A stretch of DNA of 64,000 nucleotides from Haliotis rubra (GCF_003918875.1 NW_025765173.1:124001-188000); one strand, 5' to 3'; positions 24,022 through 37,665 are shown, numbered from the stretch's first letter. Program-made: numbers and translations. The notes: generated by a model not told the origin, from the letters alone.

Positions 24022-26634
24022 AATATGTTAAAGCTGAGAACATATACATATATGTACAAACATCTATCTGTTGAATATGTTAAAGCTGAGAACATATACA
24101 TGTATGTACACACATCTATCTGTTGAATATGTTAAAGCTGAGATCATATACATGTATGTACACACATCTATCTGTTGAATATGTTAAAGCTGAGATCATA
24201 TACATGTATGTACATACATCTATCTGTTGAATATGTTAAAGCTGAGAACATATACATGTATGTACACACATCTATCTGTTGAATATGTTAAAGCTGAGAT
24301 CATATACATGTATGTGCACACATCTATCTGTTGAATATGTTAAAGCTGAGATCATATACATGTATGTACACACATCTATCTGTTGAATATGTTAAAGCTG
24401 AGAACATATACATGTATGTACACACATCTATCTGTTGAATATGTTAAAGCTGAGATCATATACATGTATGTACAAACATCTATCTGTTGAATATGTTAAA
24501 GCTGAGATCATATACATGTATGTACATACATCTATCTGTTGAATATGTTAAAGCTGAGAACATATACATGTATGTACACACATCTATCTGTTGAATATGT
24601 TAAAGCTGAGATGATATACATGTATGTACACACATCTATCTGTTGAATATGTTAAAGCTGAGAACATATACATGTATGTACACACATCTATCTGTTGAAT
24701 ATGTTAAAGCTGAGATCATATACATGTATGTACACACATCTATCTGTTGAATATGTTAAAGCTGAGATCATATACATGTATGTACATACATCTATCTGTT
24801 GAATATGTTAAAGCTGAGAACATATACATGTATGTACACACATCTATCTGTTGAATATGTTAAAGCTGAGATCATATACATGTATGTGCACACATCTATC
24901 TGTTGAATATGTTAAAGCTGAGATCATATACATGTATGTACACACATCTATCTGTTGAATATGTTAAAGCTGAGAACATATACATGTATGTACACACATC
25001 TATCTGTTGAATATGTTAAAGCTGAGATCATATACATGTATGTACAAACATCTATCTGTTGAATATGTTAAAGCTGAGATCATATACATGTATGTACATA
25101 CATCTATCTGTTGAATATGTTAAAGCTGAGAACATATACATGTATGTACACATCTATCTGTTGAATATGTTAAAGCTGAGATGATATACATGTATGTACA
25201 CACATCTATCTGTTGAATATGTTAAAGCTGAGGGAACATATACATGTATGTACACACATCTATCTGTTGAATATGTTAAAGCTGAGATGATATACATGTA
25301 TGTACACACATCTATCTGTTGAATATGTTAAAGCTGAGATCATATACATGTATGTACACACATCTATCTGTTGAATATGTTAAAGCTGAGAACATATACA
25401 TGTATGTACACACATCCATCTGTTGAATATGTTAAAGCTGAGATCATATACATGTATGTACACACATCTATCTGTTGAATGTGTTAAAGCTGAGATCATA
25501 TACATGTATGTACACACATCTATCTGTTGAATATGTTAAAGCTGAGATCATATACATGTATGTACACACATCTATCTGTTGAATATGTTAAAGCTGAGAA
25601 CATATACATGTATGTACACATCTATCTGTTGAATGTGTTAAAGCTGAGATCTATACATGTATGTACACAATATCTGTGAATAGTAAAAGCTGAGAACATA
25701 TACATGTATGTACACACATCTATCTGTTGAATATGTTAAAGCTGAGATCATATACATGTATGTACACACATCTATCTGTTGAATATGTTAAAGCTGAGAT
25801 CATATACATGTATGTACACACATCCATCTGTTGAATATGTTAAAGCTGAGATCATATACATGTATGTACACACATCTATCTGTTGAATGTGTTAAAGCTG
25901 AGATCATATACATGTATGTACACACATCTATCTGTTGAATATGTTAAAGCTGAGATCATATACATGTATGTACACACATCTATCTGTTGAATATGTTAAA
26001 GCTGAGAACATATACATGTATGTACACACATCTATCTGTTGAATGTGTTAAAGCTGAGATCATATACATGTATGTACACACATCTATCTGTTGAATATGT
26101 TAAAGCTGAGAACATATACATGTATGTACACACATCTATCTGTTGAATATGTTAAAGCTGAGATCATATACATGTATGTACACACATCTATCTGTTGAAT
26201 ATGTTAAAGCTGAGATCATATACATGTATGTACACACATCTATCTGTTGAATATGTTAAAGCTGAGATCATATACATGTATGTACATGTTAAAGCTGAGA
26301 TCATATACATGTATCTATCTGTTGAATATGTTAAAGCTGAGATGTATGACACATCTATCTGTTGAATATGTTAAAGCTGAGATCATATACATGTATGTAC
26401 ACACATCTATCTGTTGAATGTGTTAAAGCTGAGATCATATACATGTATGTACACACATCTATCTGTTGAATGTGTTAAAGCTGAGATCATATACATGTAT
26501 GTACACACATCTATCTGTTGAATGTGTTAAAGCTGAGATCATATACATGTATGTACACACATCTATCTGTTGAATATGTTAAAGCTGAGATCATATACAT
26601 GTATGTACACACATCTATCTGTTGAATGTGTTAA
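24022..26634. repeat. 52-bp satellite, about 50 copies
   Basis: Unit AATATGTTAAAGCTGAGATCATATACATGTATGTACACACATCTATCTGTTG. Confidence 0.97.
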
Positions 26635-27143
26635 GGTTCCTTATTTACACGTTTTGTCCTAAATGTTTATTGTTCTTGCAATCAGAGAAAGATCATGTAT
26701 TCCTTTTGTCTCGGCTTTAGTGCATGCACGTTCATGCACGTTCATGCACGTTCATGCACATTGTTTCTAAGTCAAACACTGAGCTGTATATAGTTTATAC
26801 ATTGGTTTTGGCTGCTGTCATCCAGATAAAGACCACATGAGGTTCCGGAGTATGCAACCTACCAATCAGCAGATGGATTGCGGTATACCATTGACTTTGA
26901 TGTCCGTCACTACCGAATATTAAGAAGAACTATTAAGGGAACATGAAGCAACATTTTGCTTGATACCAATCAAAAGGTTATCCGTTTGCATTTGTTATAG
27001 ATATATTTACTTCTGTTGTGTGTGATTATGTTTTATTTGTAAATACTATGTGCTATTTCGTATATTTGTTATGTTTGGTACTTCTTTCATATACCAACTG
27101 GGCCGCCTCCCTGGTCTGGTGGTGTGAGCAGAGGCTACAGAGA

Positions 27144-27384
27144 GGTTGGTTTGCTTGTTTTTGAACCGCACTCAGCAATTTTCCAACTATATGGCGGCGG
27201 TCTGTAAATGATCGAGTCTGGACAGACAACCATGTGATCAACAGCATGAGCATCGATCTACGCAATTGGGATTCAATGACGTGTGTCAACCCAATCAGTG
27301 CGTCTGACCAACCGATCCCCTAAGTCGCCTCTTACGACAAGCATGGGTTGCTGAAGACCAATTCTAACCGGGATCTTTACGGGT
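27144..27384 (-). mobile_element. SINE family 2
   Basis: Full length, same 5' start. Confidence 0.88.
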
Positions 27385-27645
27385 TAATCCGGAGAGGTCA
27401 CTGGTTCGGTTACCAGCCACCATAAAATATGGTACGCGTGATTACCCTGACAGAGGACGACAATAACCGGTCAGCTCTGTGTGAGTGCGGTATCCTGTTA
27501 AACTGCGGCATGGTGACTCAGTGGAATAGCACTATAAAGCAGGGATACGTCCCGACTAGTACAAGCCGCTCTACCTACATACAGAGACGTGCATCATGTC
27601 AGTATATTCTCGAAGGCGACGTTAAACCTAACCTCACCTACCTTA
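27385..27645 (+). mobile_element. Old SINE of a third type (V-SINE-like)
   Basis: GGTTCG B-box remnant, AAAATATGGTAC, AGCACTATAAA, GACGTTAAACC end. Similar to 45340-45605. Confidence 0.45.
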
Positions 27646-27818
27646 CTAGTATCCTTACTCTTTGTGGTCAAACGCTGAGATGAGCTAAAGTTCACTCACG
27701 GACTTCAGAAAACATTACGGTTGCATAAACTAAGACGTCTGACGAGGGGTCAAAATACACCTGACATTTCCATATAGCTACGAATTACATACACCAGATT
27801 CACCCAAAGCAGTGCCTT

Positions 27819-27981
27819 AGAGTGAGTGAGTGAGAATGGTTTTAAGCCAATTTTAACAATATTCCAGCAATATCACGGCGGGGGACACCAGAAATGCACT
27901 TCACACATTTTACCCATGTGGGGAATCGAACCCGGGTCTTCGGCATGACGAACGTACGCTTTAACCACAAGGCCACCCAAC
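27819..27981 (-). mobile_element. SINE family 1
   Basis: Matches the family. Confidence 0.85.
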
Positions 27982-28189
27982 TAGGCTTAGAAGTCACTTG
28001 TGCACAATTTAACACTCAAGAACTAAAATATGTCATAATGTGCAAAACGCAGAAGAACATTCAAGCCAAACAGGCAAATTGAATTATTTCTTTGCATGCA
28101 TAACAAAGGGCACGGTTTGATAAGGGACCATTTGGCCAACGGAAAGTGCATAATTTCAGAAAAGAAGAAAACTTGCACTTCCCTTGCAA

Positions 28190-28276
28190 TGAATATTATC
28201 TCATCATGAATGTTATCTCATCATGAATGTTATCATGAATGTTATCTCATCATGAATGTTATCTCATCATGAATGT
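28190..28276. repeat. 17-bp tandem repeat
   Basis: ATGAATGTTATCTCATC, about 5 copies. Confidence 0.85.
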
Positions 28277-29571
28277 GTTCATATACAGATACAGTACATT
28301 TCAGTTCAACATTGTATGTTGGAGGTGATGGCCTTACAATATGCATAGTCAAATCTGAAAAGTATTATAATAGGGATGATTTATGGAAACGCTTTTCTAA
28401 TGTTGGAATGTGAACAAGGCCTCTCCACACACACTGCTTATCAACAGTACAAACATATCATAAAATATTCATCTTGGGTCACACACTTGCATGTACATGT
28501 ATTTTATCTGAAAGTTAGAAACCTCCGTCTTTTCATTCAATTTGGTCACGCTTTTATTCACGTCAACAGACTTATTTTCGTACGTGTAAGACAACCAAAT
28601 TCTAATTTTACGAAACGTTAAAAGTTAATATTATAACAGGGTCAAGAATGGACTTCATCCAAACTCGTCCGCCAAGGGAAAGCAAATTCATTGTCTGAAA
28701 ACTAAACAACTACAATCATCCGCCAGCTACACCGGGAGACGTAGACTTTTAGTCAGATAAACTACATCTGATGGTGTTTACTATTGGTTTACAGTTATAT
28801 ACTTACCTCCATGTGCTAGACTACTATTAGCTCATAGTCATAGAGTGACTCTTCTTGCAGACTTTCTGCCACTGTTCAGTTATTGTATTGTCAAACATGC
28901 TTGTACATCTCTAAGCTGACAAATTACATCTGATCGTGTACACTGTTGGCCTTTTGGTTTGCTATTAGCCTATAGCCATATGTGCCTTTCTTGAACTTTG
29001 CATCTCAAACAGTCAGATTGTCTGTCTATATCTGATTTTATGTATCACTGGCATACAACCTTGAAGTTTACATTCTCTGTCAAACATTGTGCCAATCTTG
29101 AACCGGATTGTACCAGCCGGAGATAGAGTATATCTGATTTTATACAGCAGTTTTATATAATACTGTATATCTGTACAGCCATAGAATTACTTCATTACAC
29201 TTTTCAATGTCCACCTCCTTGAACTTTGTTATGAAGCTTGTACAACAAGCTGATGCCTGTTCGTACCCATGTGTCTGTACCCATTATGCTGGAATAAAAA
29301 AACAAAAAAAACCCCAAAAAACCTACACTGGGAGATACCAATCTAAACAGACCACGGAAAACTCCCGGCGACAACACATGTTCGCTAATAGGGTAAGCAT
29401 GTACTGGCCTTCCACCAGGGACAAAAAACAACTATTTTGTCTCAAAACCTAGCACCTGGATTCGAACATATGATCATACGTTTCGGCACGCCTAAGGGAG
29501 GCAACTCTGAAGTTGGGCTTGTTGACGAGTAAACTGATCACACCTTATGTCTCTGATACATAAGGCAAACA

Positions 29572-29723
29572 TGTAAGGGACATTCTCGCGATCTCGTGTT
29601 TTTGGTACATAGCACGTTTTGTCAAAAGTCGACAAATCTCGCATTCTCGCACTTTTGGCATTTTTAGCTTGTTTCTGAAGGTCGAGATCGCGAGAATGCG
29701 AGATCGCGAGAATGTCCCTTACA
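29572..29723. mobile_element. MITE
   Basis: Perfect 25-bp TIR TGTAAGGGACATTCTCGCGATCTCG, with sub-terminal repeats. Confidence 0.75.
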
Positions 29724-30254
29724 GTATTCCATAGACACAAGCATTGCATAGTATATGTTACCCTGACCATTGTGCAACACTGCCCTCAAACAGTGCTGTC
29801 CCACTCAAGTGTATACAACACACAACAGTGCCTCGGTAGGTGGCGTTGGTGTCTCGAATACCAACCACTGAATATTTCAGTCATAATGCTATCACGAAGA
29901 TTAACTGAAGGCGAAGAGGATGTCACTATATCGGAGAAACCTAGTTGCTACTTGTACGATAATACTACTGTTAGCCTTTCGAATGCTTCATGTTTGAAGA
30001 GAATCAATTATACTCGATCAGTATGAGGTATCAATTTACTTGGTAAACACTTTGATTTTACGTCCGCTTTACCTTAATACAATAAAGTAGAATTTCTGGA
30101 GAAGATCTCAAATGTTTTGAGATGAACTTGACTCTAACGTACGATATGACCTTTTTTGGTCATAGTTCCATCAGATTGAAGTATTAACAGACGGACAATG
30201 TCAAGGTTACCACTGCTAATCCCCGTGAATTTTGATAGAAACAAATAATTACAA

Positions 30255-30379
30255 ACTGAACAACATTAGAAACGCACCACACTAAAATGCAGAGACGATG
30301 CTCAGATATCAGGGGTACATTTCATTCTGATGAGGATTTTTCGTATTATACGGGTGGTGCGTTTCTAATGTTGTTCAGT
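30255..30379. mobile_element. Tc1/mariner-like MITE
   Basis: Perfect 26-bp TIR ACTGAACAACATTAGAAACGCACCAC in a TA-rich context. Confidence 0.7.
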
Positions 30380-31059
30380 ATATTTAAGTTAAATTGAATA
30401 TTTAAAGGATATTAAATTTAAAGGATCCCCGGTGAGGCCATTATAGCTAAAATGGACAGTTAATGGAAGACCTCGGGATTCTGCAAATGACAATGCCCTC
30501 AAAAATAGCATTACCCTTATAATATTATAACCCGGACCTTCACGGATTGGGTGGGCGGAGGGAAAGTGATATGGTTCAGGGACTGAGAGACAGACTGTCT
30601 AAAGTACATCGCCAGCCAGACTGTCTTACCATGTCTAGCCACGGGTAGTTTACGTCAGAATGTCTGAATCTGACAACGCTCAGCGACGAGAGTCGACATT
30701 TATGTTCATACACTGCTTAAACGATACTTGGCATCCAAAACCGTAATGGTTGTGTTTCTATTGTGACAGTCATCCCATTTACTTGCTGTGTTTTTGCGAA
30801 TGGCGTCCGTTAGATAGCAAGGGGTGAGTGTTTTGACATTTGTCATGCTGGTGTCCATACGAGCCGAAAACATGTATTCTTGACGCGTGTGGCAGTGACA
30901 CATTTATTTCAACGAAAAGTTCCCGATAGCATTAACGCATATATTATATATTCAGAATAATGAACGAGATGCCACCACTGCATCTCCTTGACTGAACTGT
31001 GATAATCGGTGTCACCTGTTCTTATCTCCTCACCATTATGACTTTCAGACACCTTTCAA

Positions 31060-33430
31060 TCAGTCTGTAACACACAGGCTCGCCCTTCACACACTGTCTG
31101 TAAGACACAGGCTCGCCCTTCACACACAGCCTGTAACACACAGGCTCTCCCTTTACACACAGTATGTAGCACACAGGCTCGCCCTTCACACACAGTATGA
31201 AACACACAGGCTCGCCCTTCACACACAGTCTGTAACTCTTAGCCTCTCCCTTCACACACAGCCTGTAACACACAAGCTCTGAATTCACACACAGTCTGTA
31301 ACACACAAGCTCTCCCTTCACACACAGTCTGTAACTCTTAGCCTCTCCCTTCACACACAGTCTGTAACTCTTAGCCTCTCCCTTCACACACAGTCTGTAA
31401 CACACAAGCTCTCCTTTCACACACAGTCTGTAACTCTTAGCCTCTCCCTTCACACACAGTCTGTAACACACAAGCTCTCCTTTCACACACAGTCTGTAAC
31501 TCTTAGCATCTCCCTTCACACACAGTCTGTAACACACAAGCTCTCCCTTCACACACAGTCTGTAACTCTTAGCCTCTCCCTTCACACGGTCTGTAACACA
31601 CAAGCTCTCCCTTCACACACAGTCTGTAACTCTTAGCCTCTCCCTTCACACACGGTCTGTAATTCTTAGCCTCTCCCTTCACACAGTCTGTAACACACAA
31701 GCTCTCCCTTCACACACAGTCTGTAACACACAAGCTCTCCCTTCACACACAGTATGTAACTCTTAGCATCTCCCTTCACACACAGTCGGTAACACACAAG
31801 CTCTCCCTTCACACACAGTCTGTAACTCTTAGCATCTCCCTTCACACAGTCTGTAACACAAAAGCTCTGAATTCACACACAGTCTGTAACACACAAGCTC
31901 TCCCTTCACACACAGACTGTAACTCTTAGCCTCTCCCTTCAGACACAATCTGTAACTCTTAGCCTCTCCCTTCACACACAGTCTGTAACACACAAGCTCT
32001 CCTTTCACACACAGTCTGTAACTCTTAGCCTCTCCCTTCACACACAGTCTGTAACACACAAGCTCTCCTTTCACACACAGTCTGTAACTCTTAGCATCTC
32101 CCTTCACACACAGTCTGTAACACACAAGCTCTCCCTTCACACACAGTCTGTAACTCTTAGCCTCTCCCTTCACACGGTCTGTAACACACAACACACACAG
32201 CTCTCCCTTCACACACAGTCTGTAACTCTTAGCTCTCCTTCACACAGTCTGTAATTCTTAGCCCTTCACTCACCTTCACACAGTCTCCCTTCACACACAT
32301 GTAAGCTCTCCCTTCACACACAGTCTGTAACACACAAGCTCTCCCTTCACACAGTCTGTAACTCTTAGCATCTCCCTTCACACACAGTCTGTAAACACAA
32401 AAGCTCTCCTTCACACACAGTCTGTAACTCTTAGCATCTCCCCTTCACACAGTCTGTAACACAAAGCTCTGAATTCACACACACATCTCTGTAACCTTAG
32501 CTCTCTCCCTTCACACACAGTCTGTAACACACAAGCTCTCCCTTCACACACAGTCTGTAACTCTTAGCCTCTCCCTTAACACACAGTCTGTAACACACAA
32601 GCTCTCCCTTCACACACAGTCTGTAACTCTTAGCCTCTCCCTTCACACAGTCTGTAACAGCACTCAAGCTCTCCTTCACACACACACAAGCTCTCCCTTC
32701 ACACACAGTCTGTAACTCTTAGCCTCTCCCTTTCACACACAGCCTGTAACACACAAGCTTCACACACTCTGTAATTCACACACAGTCTGTAACACACACA
32801 CACAGCTCTCCCTTCACACACAGTAACTCTTAGCTTCACACAGTGTAACACACAAGCTCTCCCTTCACATTCACACACAGTCTGTAACACAAAAGCTCTG
32901 AATTCACACACAGTCTGTAACACACAAGCTCTCTCAGACTGTAACTCTTAGCATCTCCCTTCAGACACACACGCACAAGCTCTCAATTCACACACTTCAC
33001 ACACACAGAGCCTGTAACACACAAGCTCTCAATTCACACACAGTCTGTAACACACAGGCTCTCCCTTCACACAGAGCCTGTAACACACAAGCTCTCAATT
33101 CACACACAGTCTGTAACACACAAGCTCTCCCTTCACACACAGTCTGTAGCACACAGGCTCTCCCTTCACACACAGTCTGTAACACACAGGCTCTCCCTTC
33201 ACACACAGCGTGTAACACACAAGCTCTCAATTCACAGACAGTCTGTACCACACAGGCTCTCCCCTTCACACAGTGTGTAACTCTTAGCCTCCCCCTTCAC
33301 ACACAGCCTGTAAGCTCGCCCGACAGAGACAGCGTGTAACACACAGGCTCTACCTTCACACACAGTCTGTAACACACAGGATCGCCCTTCATAGACAGTC
33401 TGTAACTCTTACCCTCTCCCTTCACACACA
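31060..33430. repeat. 33-bp satellite with two alternating variants
   Basis: CTTCACACACAGTCTGTAAC followed by ACACAAGCTCTCC or TCTTAGCCTCTCC. Confidence 0.95.
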
Positions 33431-33446
33431 TACTTTCTCTGTGTCA

Positions 33447-34041
33447 CCCTTCGTCTCTCGATCACTGTTCACTGAAGCTGTGATGCTATATGTTCGTCTT
33501 CACTGTTCACTGAAGCTGTGATGCTATATTTTCGCCTTCACTGTTCACTAAAGCTGTGAAGCTATATTTTCGCCTTCATTGTTCACTGAAGCTGTGATGC
33601 TATATTTTCGCCTTCATTGTTCACTGAAGCTGTGATGCTATATTTTCGCCTTCATTGTTCACTGAAGCTGTGATGCTATATTTTCGCCTTCATTGTTCAC
33701 TGAAGCTGTGATGCTATATTTACGCCTTCATTGTTCACTGAAGCTGTGATGCTATATTTAAGCCTTCATCGTTAACTGAAGCTGTGATGCTATATTTTCG
33801 CCTTCACTGTTCACTGAAGCTGTGATGCTATATTTTCGTCTTCACTGTTCACTGAAGCTGTGATGCTATATTTTCGCCTTCACTGATCACTGAAGCTGTG
33901 ATGCTATATTTTCGCCTTCACTGTTCACTGAAGCTGTGATGCTATATTTTCGTCTTCACTGTTCACTGAAGCTGTGATGCTATATGTTCGCCTTCACTGT
34001 TCACTGAAGCTGTGATGCTATATTTTCGCCTTCACTGTTCA
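33447..34041. repeat. 38-bp satellite, about 15 copies
   Basis: TTCACTGTTCACTGAAGCTGTGATGCTATATTTTCGCC. Confidence 0.95.
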
Positions 34042-34299
34042 ATTTGTGACGAAGGAACGTCTCTGTGTGGCACATTCTTTCTTACTCTCGTTATCTCTTT
34101 TATTGCTTTTTGTAGTCTAATTACACAAACACACATGCAGCTCACGGCCTCCAAGTCGATTTTCTTCAACTTGCAATGTAAGAAAACAAAGCAAATCTGG
34201 AGACTATAAGATGCAGGATACAATATCCCCTAATGTAGTCAAATCAAAGTCATATATATCCACAATTTATAAGCGAGCTTGGCATGTCAGTGGAGACAA

Positions 34300-34495
34300 G
34301 AAGGATCAGGTGGTCACGCTGCCTTACGGGGTTGATGCATGTCATTGTATCCCAGTTGTGTAGTTCGATGCTCATTAGGTCAATCACTGGATTGTCTCGT
34401 CTAGGGTTGATTACTCATAGACCGCCGACAAATAGATGGAACGTTGGTTAGTATGGCATTAAATAAACAAAACACAAACAAACAAACAAACACGA
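34300..34495 (+). mobile_element. SINE family 2, degenerate
   Basis: GGATCAGGTGGTCA...TCACTGGATTGTCT...AGACCGCCG...(AAAC)n. Confidence 0.7.
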
Positions 34496-34644
34496 ACTGA
34501 GCAATGACGATGTTTATTACATAATGGCTTCTTCTCTACATGTACTTGTTCCCTAACATCATACCCTAATAAATAATAATAATTGATTTGTGTAGCGCCT
34601 TCCTTCCAACTTTTGCTGCTCACTGGCGCTTAAAAGTTTCTGAA

Positions 34645-34737
34645 CTGGGCTTCACACATTGTACCCATTTAGGGAATCGAACCCGGGTCTTCGCCGTGAC
34701 AAGCGAACGCTTTAACCACTAGGCTACCCCACTACCC
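34645..34737 (-). mobile_element. SINE family 1, head only
   Basis: Matches the family head. Confidence 0.8.
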
Positions 34738-35454
34738 TTCCATAGACGTGAACGACAGACAAACATGCAGAGGTGAGTGACGACACGTGAACTCCACATG
34801 ATACCACATAGCATTCAGTGAAGAAAAATACTGTGATTACACCTTTAAATGGAATTTACGCGTTGTAGCAATGCTGAGCGCATATCGCTCAGCTGACATG
34901 TTTCCATCCGAACTAACAAAAATCGATAAGGTATACAAACAACTATTTCAATTGCTCGCGGATTTGATCCATGACCTCTTTTCAGATACGTTAAAAAGTA
35001 ACTTCCTGCGTTCATTTCTCCGGGTACGTCATGCTAACGCCAAAGATTATTGTTTTACATGAGGTAAAACAACCACGCATGCTTTTATCAGAGGTAGGCA
35101 AACAGACTGATCGACATGCCGGACTAGTCACCATGACGACCAACATGTTATTAGGCAACTATTGATCTTGTGTCCACTTTAGCTACTAATTAGATATCAT
35201 TTCAATTTCCAAGTATTCACATGCATAACGGTGAATATCTGTTTCCCAGAAGATCAATAACGCAGCACATGACGATGGCTACCTAAATACCACATGTACT
35301 CATCCACCGACTCGTGTTGGTTCTTATAGCCTTGTGGAGGCCCCACGATTTGGTATTACGTGGGTGGGGCAGGGTATATGTGGGCGTGGCGCCGTGTGTG
35401 CTTGTGTGCGTTCGTGTGTGAGAGAGAGTGAGTGAGTGAAGAGTTTGAGGGTGA

Positions 35455-35619
35455 NNNNNNNNNNNNNNNNNNNNNNNNNNNNNNNNNNNNNNNNNNNNNN
35501 NNNNNNNNNNNNNNNNNNNNNNNNNNNNNNNNNNNNNNNNNNNNNNNNNNNNNNNNNNNNNNNNNNNNNNNNNNNNNNNNNNNNNNNNNNNNNNNNNNNN
35601 NNNNNNNNNNNNNNNNNNN
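35455..35619. other. Assembly gap
   Basis: N run. Confidence 1.
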
Positions 35620-36128
35620 CATGGTGCGGGTAGAGGTGTAAAGGTTAGGGTGAGGATGTGTGCAAGGGGTAGTGTGGGGATAATGGACTGAAGCGTTTCA
35701 TTTGTAAATGAAATATGTAGAGAAACAAAATTGAGTTTGTCAGTGAAAACGTTGTCACGGTATTGCCACCAACTGTTTCAGGTACGTATTGTCGTATACC
35801 TCTGGATCCGTGTGTGAAAAAAATATCGTCTTTCAACAGGAACTATTTCAGCACAAAGAAGAAATCGTGATAATGTTCAAAACCTCAAAACGTTTTTTTC
35901 ACAAATATTTGCATGTCGTAACAGTTTATCGACGACATGACGCAAGGGAAATTGTTAACGGCGACAAACAAACGCTCATTCCAATAGCCCTTTCAAGTCA
36001 CAGTATTATGTTACCTAGTGATTATCTGTAGTTGTCAATGTTGCCGTTGATAAATAGTCCGTCTCACAGTTCCTGAACCTTCCGTCCAGCCTCTCTGTAA
36101 TACAAAATCCCTTCATGAAGCGATTTTC

Positions 36129-36270
36129 TTCTTTGAGTGGCATGTAAGAAGTCGTGAAGTACAATACTGACAAATTTATGGATAAACTATTTTATTTTGT
36201 GAGAGCGTCGTTTCGATAGAGGTTAATTCCTGCTTGACAACGGTACAAGATTCTAAATAAATTATGTCAG
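36129..36270 (-). mobile_element. Copy of the 10454 element with one arm largely deleted
   Basis: Reverse complement matches about 10505-10633, including CGAAACG and the tail. Confidence 0.65.
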
Positions 36271-36338
36271 TAAAGTCAAGATTTCACTTTGGTTTAAGTT
36301 CTGAATACCCCCTCTCACTGGGCTTCCTTCCAGTGTAG

Positions 36339-36555
36339 ACCCGTAAAGATCACGGTTAGAATTGGTGTTTAGCAACCCATGCTAGTCGTAAGAGGCGACT
36401 TCCGGGATCGTGTGGTAAGACTGGCTGACTTGATTGACACATGTCATCGCATCCCAACTGCGTAGATTGTCTGGTCCAGATTTTATTATTTACAGACCGC
36501 CGACATATAACTGGAATATTGCTGAGTGCAGCGTTAAACAACCAACCAACCAACC
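36339..36555 (+). mobile_element. SINE family 2
   Basis: Same 5' start, (AACC)n tail. Confidence 0.85.
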
Positions 36556-36641
36556 TTCCATTATAAATAGAGATATGTGTTTCCCAGACTTAGCGTAAGT
36601 CTAGTAGACAAGTTGCACGTATGTTGGTATTCGACGAATAG

Positions 36642-36656
36642 GGGAATTTCCAGGAA
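36642..36656 (+). promoter_or_regulatory. Overlapping NF-kB-type (GGGAATTTCC) and STAT GAS-type (TTCCAGGAA) motifs about 750 bp upstream of the gene B ATG
   Basis: Exact consensus matches; function untested. Confidence 0.35.
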
Positions 36657-37405
36657 GCAGCGTTGAACACACAAAGGGAAAATACGTCATCTGGGTTATA
36701 CAGCTGCGCAGCATGCATGCAATGTACACCGTGTGAGACAGACCTCATGCACAGTTGAGCCATGTTGACATAGCTGACAACGCCTAGTTTGATAAGCTTA
36801 CAAGGTTAAACCAGGGATTATTCAGTTCTGTTTAGGCTGAGCTTGGAAAATAGTGAACTATTTGACACGCGGTGTCACTTTACGATCGATTTCCTTGGCG
36901 CATAAAACGTAACCAGGTTAGTATGTAGTTTGTTGACATAACCCTGTCCCAGAGATCGATAACACCTGGTGATGGTGCACATGTCGTGCAGTAATATTGT
37001 GTCATCTTCATTCAGTAGGTGAAATGCATGACCTGTCAACATGCAGGTACACGAAACGATTGATTCCGGAGGGCTGGGTCTTACCTAACACCTGTAAGAA
37101 AACACCATTGTGACCTATGAGGAAATTACGTGACGCATACTGTTAGATAAGGGAATGACACAGGTTGTATTCAGTGAGTGACACTCTTAGCCACCGCGCA
37201 CCCTCCAGCGTACATCATTTATTCAGTAGTGTCCATAGTACTGGACGACAAGCACCCGGGGGGAATTTCTGTGCGTGTTTACACAAAGAGTTTTCTTATA
37301 TTCAGTTAGCACAATGTGCTGTTCAAAGAATCGGCTCAATTCCTAGGAATTCTGTTCAAGTGGAGGAGATAAGCACAACAGGGAGTGAGATACCGAAGTG
37401 CTGCC

Positions 37406-37607
37406 ATGCCCCACTGGGAGACCAAGGGCAGGCTCTACCGTTCCGGTGTGGGGGTGATGGTTCTCGGGTTCCTGGGATATACCGTAGCTTTTGGAGTGCC
37501 TGCGTGGAGACGTGATGGTGACACGACTGTCCTGTCCTCTGGGCTGTGGCAGTACATGTGTGACGGTCTTCACAACTGCCAGACATACTCTGCTGTAGAA
37601 ACAGACA
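37406..37607 (+). CDS. Claudin-like gene B, exon 1
   Basis: MPHWETKG...FGVPAW-x11-GLWQYMCDGLHNC. Donor A|GTAAGT, phase 1. Confidence 0.9.
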
Positions 37608-37665
37608 GTAAGTACATGAACTAATCATAGGTATTCAGTATTATTCAAATGTTCATTAAATATCA

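Noticed and set aside
24022-26634. Regular arrays (here, 7.4 kb, 14.7 kb, 33.5 kb) as CRISPR
   Set aside because: No unique spacers, no cas genes, eukaryotic context.
30327-30340. CTGATGAG as another hammerhead (also CTGANGA near 903, 18605, 27739 and others)
   Set aside because: No stem II followed by GAAA at the right spacing.
31022-33269. Cys-rich 11-aa repeat proteins (YRLCVKGE...) as metallothionein- or zinc-finger-like
   Set aside because: Product of a 33-bp satellite with frequent frame-breaking indels.
22015-37405. A fifth claudin-like paralog or pseudogene in the long A-B spacer
   Set aside because: I saw no MPHW/GLW exon or exon 2/3 homologue by eye. The hydrophobic ORF at 34012-34209 starts in satellite. 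A tBLASTN would be needed to exclude decayed remnants.
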